Translations under genes and position numbers: made by a program | Source: Neoechinorhynchus agilis | Taxonomy: Eukaryota; Animalia; Acanthocephala | Length of the DNA: 64,000 bases | Assembly (NCBI GenBank): GCA_051530055.1 | Contig: CM121341.1 | Coordinates: forward strand, 10,084,784-10,148,783 | Direction of reading: 5' to 3' | Notes under the pieces: model-generated | The model's database searches: none | What the model saw: the letters and a program-made list of their open reading frames with translations, nothing else | Told to the model about the DNA's origin: nothing | In this document: positions 11,237 to 21,927 of the stretch, in pieces | Position numbering within the stretch: position 1 is the stretch's first letter | Layout: every line of letters begins with the position of its first letter

Positions 11237-11617
11237 ATGCGCTTTAATTTGATCATCTTTTTTCCGGCTTGTGCTTTAGCGACGATCTTTCCACTCCGAA
11301 TATCAGCACGAGATGACGTCCGACGACTGGATCGATCTTTTAGCAGCGACGTCGACAGATCGGTCAGTGAACGACTTGGCTGTATTCTGGAGGCGATGAT
11401 ACCCGGTAGTCAAGTCTTTATAGACGGAACACTTCCTATTAAGCCGGATTATTCTCTACCAATATCGTTCAACGTTTATGTTGTACGAGGGAACCACGTT
11501 GATATGGTACGGATTCAAGGTTTCTTCGATAGGGATCGGCAACTTGAAATCACTGGAGTACAGGTGATCAAGCATATCAGTGATTTTGGAATAATGCCCT
11601 TCCCCATCAATGTATAA
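11237..11617 (+). CDS. Small putatively secreted orphan protein (126 aa), possibly cystatin/stefin-like fold
   Basis: Intact single-exon ORF with a hydrophobic signal-like N-terminus (MRFNLIIFFPACALA). The C-terminal LEITGVQVIKH..D..MPF weakly recalls stefin C-termini. Confidence 0.55.
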   Translation: MRFNLIIFFPACALATIFPLRISARDDVRRLDRSFSSDVDRSVSERLGCILEAMIPGSQVFIDGTLPIKPDYSLPISFNVYVVRGNHVDMVRIQGFFDRDRQLEITGVQVIKHISDFGIMPFPINV

Positions 11618-12808
11618 TTGCGTACATGCCATAAAAATGTTATATATCTTTTTGAGTTGTAGTGAAATACGAAATATTTTTTAGAGGAGAAACGATCAAA
11701 CGGAATCAGATATCATTCGATTGCTTATAAATTATGGTATTTTATGAACAATATTTAATAATACTTCAGAAACGCTTTTTTCGACCGTTTACCGTGCTTA
11801 TGTCTTTTGAGAGAAAATCAATTTCTCCAGGGAGTACCAGGCTTTCTTTTGTTTGTTCTTAAGTATTTAAACTTATCGTATTTGCATCGCAGAATCAAAT
11901 TTTAATCTATTCTTTCTGGAGACGAAAAATGTGGCATTCTCTAACTGATTTTTAGACATTCCTTTTGATTTTGTATCTCTTTTGGATTATTTAGAACAGT
12001 TACGTGTTTTTCATCGAGAGATAACCCTTCGGTCCTATGGATTTGAAAATTTGCAAAAAAAATTGTGAAATATCTCGTCCGGGCACTACAATTCCTGCGT
12101 ACATTATATAATTATTTAATTTAAGATTTTTCTAAAGGTGGCGTCATAGTTTTGAGAACTCATTAAAATGAGTACTAAATTAAAAAGTCTTTAATTATGC
12201 ATGCCTCTCTTATGATTTTAGTATTAGATCGCATGATGATATGAAGGACGCGATTATATAATTCCTTGAACCAATCGTCAAATCTGAGATCAATAAAATA
12301 TTTGTAAGTTAAAAAGAAATGCGAAACAACGTGTATTCTACTTTGTTTAGAGATATAGAAGATAGAATTATGTGCAAACACAAATTAAGAAATGAGTTGT
12401 ACAAAAACGAAGACGATTAAAAATGGAATGTAAATCATTTACGCTTCAGAATAATCTTCTTCAGACGATCTCGACACCGTCATCTCTTGAACACAACTGT
12501 TCTAAGCACTTAACCTTTCCAACGTAATCCCGCCATTTGCCTTCCACATTTTCCGTACTTAATCACTCAGCATGGACTCATTTGGGAAATACAATCCAAA
12601 TGCTGCTTCCAGTCTGCTGTAACTCCCTCATCACCACTCGTGACAGCTTATTATTCCCCGTGCAAATAACCCTCCATTTCTGAGATATCTTTCTATCTAA
12701 CAGGCATGCCTCTTTGTCTTCTCCGTCGAACCTCTTTATTTATATACGGATGTTTTGTGGTAAATCTGCTACTACTGCAATCACTGCTCGTGTTTCAAGT
12801 GCTCCAAC

Positions 12809-13671
12809 ATGGCATTCCGCGTCCCCATATCCCGATTTGGAAGACGGCTTTTCGACTTTGATAACTTCTTTGGAAATTCCTTGGATTTCTTCGATCCATT
12901 TGACCGGTGGGACTTATCGCTTCCTCCTTCTCATTTCGATTCACTCAATTGGATTATATTAGATAAATTGAACGTGAGGTCTTCGATGTTCAGACTATCT
13001 AATCTAGACAACCTCCAGCTTTGACTGAAAGACCGGCGGATAAGTTTCGCGTAACGTTGCCCGTTCAAGGATACACATCATCGGAAATATCGACCTCGAT
13101 CACTGCTGATCGTAAATTGAAGATTCATGCAAAACACGTTGACAAAGGCGACATTGAAGATGATTACAGTGCCAAAGAATTCTCCAAAACGTTTGTGATT
13201 CCCGCGAATGCGGATACAGCGAGTTTAACCAGTTTTATAACTGCTTCTCATACGCTTGTCGTCGAGATTCCACTTCGTGCTAGTCATGAGGTTGAAACAA
13301 GTTCCGTGTCGACTTCTAGTTCGGACAAAACGATTGATATTAAACGAGCTGAACAGAACTTGACGGTTGCTGAGCTCGTAAAGTCTACTTTTGTACCTCA
13401 AATCGTGGGAACCGGCAATCAGAAGGTCGAGATGAACGTTTCACTTTCTAATTTCAAACCGGAACAGATTCAACTTACCCTAAAGGATAGAGATCTTATT
13501 TTGAAGGCTGAAAGTCATACCAGTGGTCAAGGACGTACTGCTAGGGAATATGTTTACAGGCAAGTTACTCTGCCGGCCGGAACCGATGTGGATAAACTCT
13601 TTTCGACTTTTGAAAATGGTTTCCTGCATATTGAAGCACCATTCCATGAAGGAAGAGCAATCGCCAATTAG
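12809..13671 (+). CDS. Small heat-shock protein with two alpha-crystallin domains (p40/major-egg-antigen type); one short intron (probably 12979-13007)
   Basis: The N-terminus has LDFFDPFD. ACD1 is DKFRVTLPVQGY...EFSKTFVIP...LVVEIP and ACD2 is NFKPEQIQL...YRQVTLPAGTD...GFLHIEAP. The two ORFs are joined by a 29-nt GT..ctaat..TAG intron (an alternative is 12974-13044). Confidence 0.85.
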
Positions 13672-14374
13672 ACAAAAGATAAATTTAGAAAGAAGAGGTG
13701 GCTAATGCTGCATGAGAGAGCTTCTGTCATTTGTAGTCACTAAATTTATTCGGTTTGGCCTAGGCTGATAGTGTTACGATTTTTAGAAAAAAATCGCTTT
13801 AAAATTGTTATAAGAGATTTTAAAAACAAGAAAGTTGTAGGTTTGTTTTTTGTTGAGGTACTCGGTGTAATAATGCCTAAATAAACGTTTTGGCCGGTTG
13901 GTTATAAAAACAATAGTGTAACCCTTTCTATTTTTCTAGAAATGATGAAATTGAGTGTTTATTCATTACTTACAATACTCATTCTGCTTCTTGCTTATTT
14001 TAGTTTTTTTAGGTTTCTATATAAATGCTTTCGACGAGGCATTCGTTTTATTTAGCACTCCCAGCATTCAATGAAGCACTTTTTAAAATTCGTCGATGGC
14101 TAATAGCATTCGATTTCATTGTAAGATATGCACTGAAAGGTTCCATTGAGACCCTAACGCAACCAGCTGGACTTCTCCTTAAATACTAAATACCATTAAT
14201 TGTTGTTTTTTGTCGCTAAAAATGAAGACGGGCATCGGATACACAATCCAGTGACATTGTGTTATTGCAAGTATTTAGAGTCAAAGATGATCGAAACACG
14301 CTCCCGAGTTTTCAATATCATATTTAAAAAATTAACATTATCACTCTGTTCTTAAGATTATAAAAAGTACTGTA

Positions 14375-14712
14375 GCGTTCCTCCCCGTTGCAGGGGCAAA
14401 CTTATGCTCGTGATCTTGGATCGCCAGTGATGCTTCTCAGTCTCTTAAAGAATTGCTTGACCAGGTCCTGCGCCCAAACGACCCGAGTGTATCGACGACC
14501 CAAGTCTTTTTGGTGTCCACGGTGGCGGTTGCTGCTCCTCCTCCGGTTTAATAGTGGCGAATTTTATGTTGCTGGCTGCAAATGGCGTTCCAGGGAAGGT
14601 ATTTGGGAATACTATGACATTGTCCGGTCTACGGCGGCCATCGAGCATGCAAAGATTGCTCGGCTCTAGGATGTTGGGGCGCATTCCCAATATTCAGGGC
14701 ACGGCTAAGAAG
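14375..14712 (-). mobile_element. CRE-like (RLE) non-LTR retrotransposon 3' fragment, decayed
   Basis: PNILEPSNLCMLDGRRRPD...TGDPRSRA...QRG is homologous to the RLE region of 25905-28490. Confidence 0.8.
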
Positions 14713-15023
14713 TGTATATGTCAAAATGAAAAATGCCAGTTAAATGTTTTAATGAGTCTTCGGCTACCATTGCTTAAATAAATGTTTTAATTCGACCCGG
14801 AGGTTACACTTCGTCATTTACTTGGATTTAAGTAAAGCGGAGACGAAGACTTTTATTGCTTTTAGTTTTTATTGCGCTCGGCGAATCCAAATATTTTGTT
14901 ATTTTATCGTTTGTGTGTATGTGGCTAGCTGGTTATATTTTAAGCGCATTTTAAAGTGAACGTTCCCTAGACGGCTGCTGATTTCTCATTGGACACACAG
15001 CCCACCAATCTGGGTGAGTGAAG

Positions 15024-16054
15024 CACATAAAGTCACTTAAAAAAGCGGTTATGAGTTTTGTACTCATCCGTCCGAATCTTTAGATACCTCCCGAGGAGGC
15101 AGGACTCATCAGTGAGTTTCCTATTTCCTTCAACGAGGTATTTCGTCCCCTTCGGCCGTGTGAGCCATCGACAACAATGGATTTTGAACCCCAGGGCCCT
15201 GTCTAAGATTGTGTCCAGGTGGTATAGTCGACTTGAACTACCACTCTAGATTGATTTAGCGTCAAAGGAGACGAAATACCTCGTTGAAGGAAAGACGAAA
15301 CTCACTGATGAGTCCTGACTGCTTGGGAGGTATCTGTGGATCCGGAGGGATGAGTGATCATGGGCATCGTGCGTAGACCAGTGCTTTCCCAGACCGAAAT
15401 CGATGGACTGTGTGCTCAAGAGAAATTAGCAGTGCTGGTATAATCACTTCAACGCTTAAAAAATGGATAGTCAGACATAAAATACAATTTTTCTGTCTAA
15501 AATGATAGAAGAAGCGAGAAATCTATCTTTTTTTGGAATGTTCATTTCGATAGTTACTTTAGGTTGGCCCGATTCTTGAAAATTGACGCATTCTCAGAAG
15601 GAAAACTGATTGTGATTTGTCGAAAGTCGACTCCCCATAAATTTAAAATGTAATGACGAAAGCATAGAGAACACAAAAAGTTCTTTAAATATCGAATAAC
15701 TTTATTCTGACTCCTATTAATCGCGTAGCCTTAACCTTTTCAACAAGCCAATTTGAAAATCGGTCTAACACGGGCGAACAAAGTTTGATCAAATGCAACA
15801 AATATTATGGAAGTTACGCTTGTAGTATTTCTTCCCTAGAGTTCGATAGTGGCTAAGAGTGATGATGCCGTTGCATCCTATGGTTTAAAAGTCGAGTTCA
15901 CCCTATATTTTGCATTATTTTTTTAGCTATTTAGTCTCAATTGTACGATAGAGAATCAAGAAAATAATGGTGATATTTTTAAAATGAGCGGTTTAATTTT
16001 ATAATATGCATTTGTAGTATTATCTTTAAGTTTGGCTAGCCGGTTACATTTATT
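15024..16054. repeat. About 1.03-kb dispersed repeat (copy 2)
   Basis: Direct near-identical copy of 6161-7191. It ends 11 nt before the 254-bp satellite. Confidence 0.9.
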
Positions 16055-16065
16055 ATGCCGTTGCA

Positions 16066-19000
16066 AATTCGCCATTGAGAATACACATCCATTCGAAGGA
16101 ACAATTGAATAGAATTAAAATATTCTCGAAATGAACTTTTGTTTATCATAAAATTTGTTTACTGAAATATCCCGAATTATGATCACCACAATCTTATTTC
16201 GAGAATAATTTTGTTTACTCATTCAAAATATTATTCTCAATGGCGAATTGTTACACACTCGAGCTGAGGCCTTGAAGATTCGCAATGAAGATTTCAATAA
16301 TAAAACTCGAGCAGTGTAACAATTCGCCATTGAGAATTCACATCCATTCGAAGGAACAATTTAATAGAATTAAAATATTATCGAAATGAACTTTTGTTTA
16401 TCATAAAATTTGTTTACTGAAATATCCCGAATTATGATCACCACAATCTTATTTCGAGAATAATTTTGTTTACTCATTCAAAATATTATTCTCAATGGCG
16501 AATTGTTACACACTCGAGCTGAGGCCTTGAAGATTCGCAATGAAGATTTCAATAAAACTCGAAGTGTTACAATTCGCCATTGAGAATACACATCCATTCG
16601 AAGGAACAATTTAATAGAATTAAAATATTCTCGAAATGAACTTTTGTTTATCATAAAATTTGTTTACTGAAATATCCCGAATTATGATCACCACAATCTT
16701 ATTTCGAGATTTTGTTTACTCATTCAAAATATTATTCTCAATGGCGAATTGTTACACACTCGAGCTGAGGCCTTGAAAATTCGCAATGAAGATTTCAATA
16801 ATAAAACTCGAATGTGTAACAATTCGCCATTGAGAATACACATCCATTCGAAGGAACAATTTAATAGAATTAAAATATTATCGAAATGAACTTTTGTTTA
16901 TCATAAAATTTGTTTACTGAAATATCCCGAATTATGATCACCACAATCTTATTTCGAGAATAATTTTGTTTACTCATTCAAAATATTATTCTCAATGGCG
17001 AATTGTTACACACTCGAGCTGAGGCCTTGAAGATTCGCAATGAAGATTTCAATAATAAAACTCGAATGTGTTACAATTCGCCATTGAGAATACACATCCA
17101 TTCGAAGGAACAATTGAATAGAATTAAAATATTATCGAAATGAACTTTTGTTTATCATAAAATTTGTTTACTGAAATATCCCGAATTATGATCACCACAA
17201 TCTTATTTCGAGAATAATTTTGTTTACTCATTCAAAATATTATTCTCAAGGAATGACACACTCGAGATGAGGCCTTGAAGATTCGCAATGAAGATTTCAA
17301 TAATAAAACTCGAATGTGTTACAAATCGCCATTGAGAATACACATCCATTCGAAGGAACAATTGAATAGAATTAAAATATTATCGAAATGAACTTTTGTT
17401 TATCATAAAATTTGTTTACTGAAATATCCCGAATTATGATCACCACAATCTTATTTCGAGAATAATTTTGTTTACTCATTCAAAATATTATTCTCAATGG
17501 CGAATTGTTACACACTCGAGCTGAGGCCTTGAAGATTCGCAATGAAGATTTCAATAATAAAACTCGAATGTGTTACAAATCGCCATTGAGAATACACATC
17601 CATTCGAAGGAACAATTGAATAGAATTAAAATATTATCGAAATGAACTTTTGTTTATCATAAAATTTGTTTACTGAAATATCCCGAATTATGATCACCAC
17701 AATCTTATTTCGAGAATAATTTTGTTTACTCATTCAAAATATTATTCTCAATGGCGAATTGTTACACACTCGAGCTGAGGCCTTGAAGATTCGCAATGAA
17801 GATTTCAATAATAAAACTCGAATGTGTAACAAATCGCCATTGAGAATACACATCCATTCGAAGGAACAATTGAATAGAATTAAAATATTCTCGAAATGAA
17901 CTTTTGTTTATCATAAAATTTGTTTACTGAAATATCCCGAATTATGATCACCACAATCTTATTTCGAGAATAATTTTGTTTACTCATTCAAAATATTATT
18001 CTCAATGGCGAATTGTTACACACTCGAGCTGAGGCCTTGAAGATTCGCAATGAAGATTTCAATAATAAAACTCGAATGTGTTACAAATCGCCATTGAGAA
18101 TTCACATCCATTCGAAGGAACAATTGAATAGAATTAAAATATTATCGAAATGAACTTTTGTTTATCATAAAATTTGTTTACTGAAATATCCCGAATTATG
18201 ATCACCACAATCTTATTTCGAGAATAATTTTGTTTACTCATTCAAAATATTATTCTCAATGGCGAATTGTTACACACTCGAGCTGAGGCCTTGAAGATTC
18301 GCAATGAAGATTTCAATAATAAAACTCGAATGTGTTACAAATCGCCATTGAGAATTCACATCCATTCGAAGGAACAATTGAATAGAATTAAAATATTATC
18401 GAAATGAACTTTTGTTTATCATAAAATTTGTTTACTGAAATATCCCGAATTATGATCACCACAATCTTATTTCGAGAATAATTTTGTTTACTCATTCAAA
18501 ATATTATTCTCAATGGCGAATTGTTACACACTCGAGCTGAGGCCTTGAAGATTCGCAATGAAGATTTCAATAATAAAACTCGAGCAGTGTAACAATTCGC
18601 CATTGAGAATACACATCCATTCGAAGGAACAATTGAATAGAATTAAAATATTATCGAAATGAACTTTTGTTTATCATAAAATTTGTTTACTGAAATATCC
18701 CGAATTATGATCACCACAATCTTATTTCGAGAATAATTTTGTTTACTCATTCAAAATATTATTCTCAATGGAATTGTTACACACTCGAGCTGAGGCCTTG
18801 AAGATTCGCAATGAAGAGTTCAATAATAAAACTCGAATGTGTAACAATTCGCCATTGAGAATACACATCCATTCGAAGGAACAATTGAATAGAATTAAAA
18901 TATTATCGAAATGAACTTTTGTTTATCATAAAATTTGTTTACTGAAATATCCCGAATTATGATCACCACAATCTTATTTCGAGAATAATTTTGTTTACTC

Positions 19001-21401
19001 ATTCAAAATATTATTCTCAATGGCGAATTGTTACACACTCGAGCTGAGGCCTTGAAGATTCGCAATGAAGATTTCAATAATAAAACTCGAGCAGTGTAAC
19101 AATTCGCCATTGAGAATACACATCCATTCGAAGGAACAATTGAATAGAATTAAAATATTATCGAAATGAACTTTTGTTTATCATAAAATTTGTAACAATT
19201 CGCCATTGAGAATACACATCCATTCGAAGGAACAATTGAATAGAATTAAAATATTATCGAAATGAACTTTTGTTTATCATAAAATTTGTTTACTGAAATA
19301 TCCCGAATTATGATCACCACAATCTTATTTCGAGAATAATTTTGTTTACTCATTCAAAATATTATTCTCAATGGCGAATTGTTACACACTCGAGCTGAGG
19401 CCTTGAAGATTCGCAATGAAGATTTCAATAATAAAACTCGAGCAGTGTAACAATTCGCCATTGAGAATACACATCCATTCGAAGGAACAATTGAATAGAA
19501 TTAAAATATTCTCGAAATGAACTTTTGTTTATCATAAAATTTGTTTACTGAAATATCCCGAATTATGATCACCACAATCTTATTTCGAGAATAATTTTGT
19601 TTACTCATTCAAAATATTATTCTCAATGGCGAATTGTTACACACTCGAGCTGAGGCCTTGAAGATTCGCAATGAAGATTTCAATAATAAAACTCGAATGT
19701 GTTACAATTCGCCATTGAGAATTCACATCCATTCGAAGGAACAATTGAATAGAATTAAAATATTATCGAAATGAACTTTTGTTTATCATAAAATTTGTTT
19801 ACTGAAATATCCCGAATTATGATCACCACAATCTTATTTCGAGAATAATTTTGTTTACTCATTCAAAATATTATTCTCAATGGCGAATTGTTACACACTC
19901 GAGCTGAGGCCTTGAAGATTCGCAATGAAGAGTTCAATAATAAAACTCGAGCAGTGTAACAATTCGCCATTGAGAATACACATCCATTCGAAGGAACAAT
20001 TGAATAGAATTAAAATATTCTCGAAATGAACTTTTGTTTATCATAAAATTTGTTTACTGAAATATCCCGAATTATGATCACCACAATCTTATTTCGAGAA
20101 TAATTTTGTTTGCTCATTCAAAATATTATTCTCAATGGCGAATTGTTACACACTCGAGCTGAGGCCTTGAAGATTCGCAATGAAGAGTTCAATAATAAAA
20201 CTCGAGCAGTGTAACAATTCGCCATTGAGAATACACATCCATTCGAAGGAACAATTGAATAGAATTAAAATATTCTCGAAATGAACTTTTGTTTATCATA
20301 AAATTTGTTTACTGAAATATCCCGAATTATGATCACCACAATCTTATTTCGAGAATAATTTTGTTTACTCATTCAAAATATTATTCTCAATGGCGAATTG
20401 TTACACACTCGAGATGAGGCCTTGAAGATTCGCAATGAAGATTTCAATAATAAAACTCGAATGTGTTACAATTCGCCATTGAGAATTCACATCCATTCGA
20501 AGGAACAATTGAATAGAATTAAAATATTATCGAAATGAACTTTTGTTTATCATAAAATTTGTTTACTGAAATATCCCGAATTATGATCACCACAATCTTA
20601 TTTCGAGAATAATTTTGTTTACTCATTCAAAATATTATTCTCAATGGCGAATTGTTACACACTCGAGCTGAGGCCTTGAAGATTCGCAATGAAGATTTCA
20701 ATAATAAAACTCGAGCAGTGTAACAATTCGCCATTGAGAATACACATCCATTCGAAGGAACAATTGAATAGAATTAAAATATTATCGAAATGAACTTTTG
20801 TTTATCATAAAATTTGTTTACTGAAATATCCCGAATTATGATCACCACAATCTTATTTCGAGAATAATTTTGTTTACTCATTCAAAATATTATTCTCAAT
20901 GGCGAATTGTTACACACTCGAGCTGAGGCCTTGAAGATTCGCAATGAAGAGTTCAATAATAAAACTCGAGCAGTGTAACAATTCGCCATTGAGAATACAC
21001 ATCCATTCGAAGGAACAATTGAATAGAATTAAAATATTCTCGAAATGAACTTTTGTTTATCATAAAATTTGTTTACTGAAATATCCCGAATTATGATCAC
21101 CACAATCTTATTTCGAGAATAATTTTGTTTACTCATTCAAAATATTATTCTCAATGGCGAATTGTTACACACTCGAGCTGAGGCCTTGAAGATTCGCAAT
21201 GAAGAGTTCAATAATAAAACTCGAGAAGTGTAACAATTCGCCATTGAGAATACACATCCATTCGAAGGAACAATTGAATAGAATTAAAATATTCTCGAAA
21301 TGAACTTTTGTTTATCATAAAATTTGTTTACTGAAATATCCCGAATTATGATCACCACAATCTTATTTCGAGAATAATTTTGTTTACTCATTCAAAATAT
21401 T
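16066..21401. repeat. Satellite array, about 254-255 bp unit, about 21 copies, each with a 32-bp inverted repeat
   Basis: aattcgccattgagaat restarts at 16066, 16321, 16571, 16821, 17075 ... ~21235. There is one truncated unit near 19100-19200. The arm tattctcaatggcgaattgttacacactcgag faces ctcga(at/gca)gtgt(a/t)acaattcgccattgagaat. Confidence 0.97.
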
Positions 21402-21927
21402 TAACTTCGTATACATCAGGCCCAATATTGGCGCATAGGTATTCTAGTTTATCATTATCAAGATCGACCGATCCTTTCCATAATATTATCTTCCATAGTT
21501 TGAACTTTTTTCAGAATCTTGTTCGAGCGGCATCGTATTGAACCTTTCCAGCCTGAAATTCGCTTTTATCGTTCTATTCGAACTGGTCGCACTTGTAGAA
21601 TCGTCCATTACGAGAAATTGTTTTTCTGCAATAAATTGATGTATGACCAAAACAGGGGCTTTATTGCACAAAAACACACACCAAACACCACCGGGGCGCG
21701 TGCTATATGGTAGCAAAAGCGCGGTGGTGATGCGGGGACGACGGCGCCAACAGTATCAATTAATCAATATCACAGAGTTCAAGAGATGTGATCCCCTCCA
21801 GGATCGCGAAATATTTTATTAGGAGATATTTCGATTATAAAAGGAAGCTTCATTAATCGCGATTGAATGACGTCATTATCTGGAAGAATCGACTTCAAAG
21901 ACCATCTTTCAGCTGCCTCAATATTAA

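Noticed and set aside
12440-12800. Heat-shock elements upstream of the sHSP
   Set aside because: No convincing array of three alternating nGAAn units was seen.
16066-21401. CRISPR-like appearance (palindromic repeat plus spacer)
   Set aside because: The spacers are invariant, the unit is 254 bp, there are no cas genes and the context is eukaryotic.
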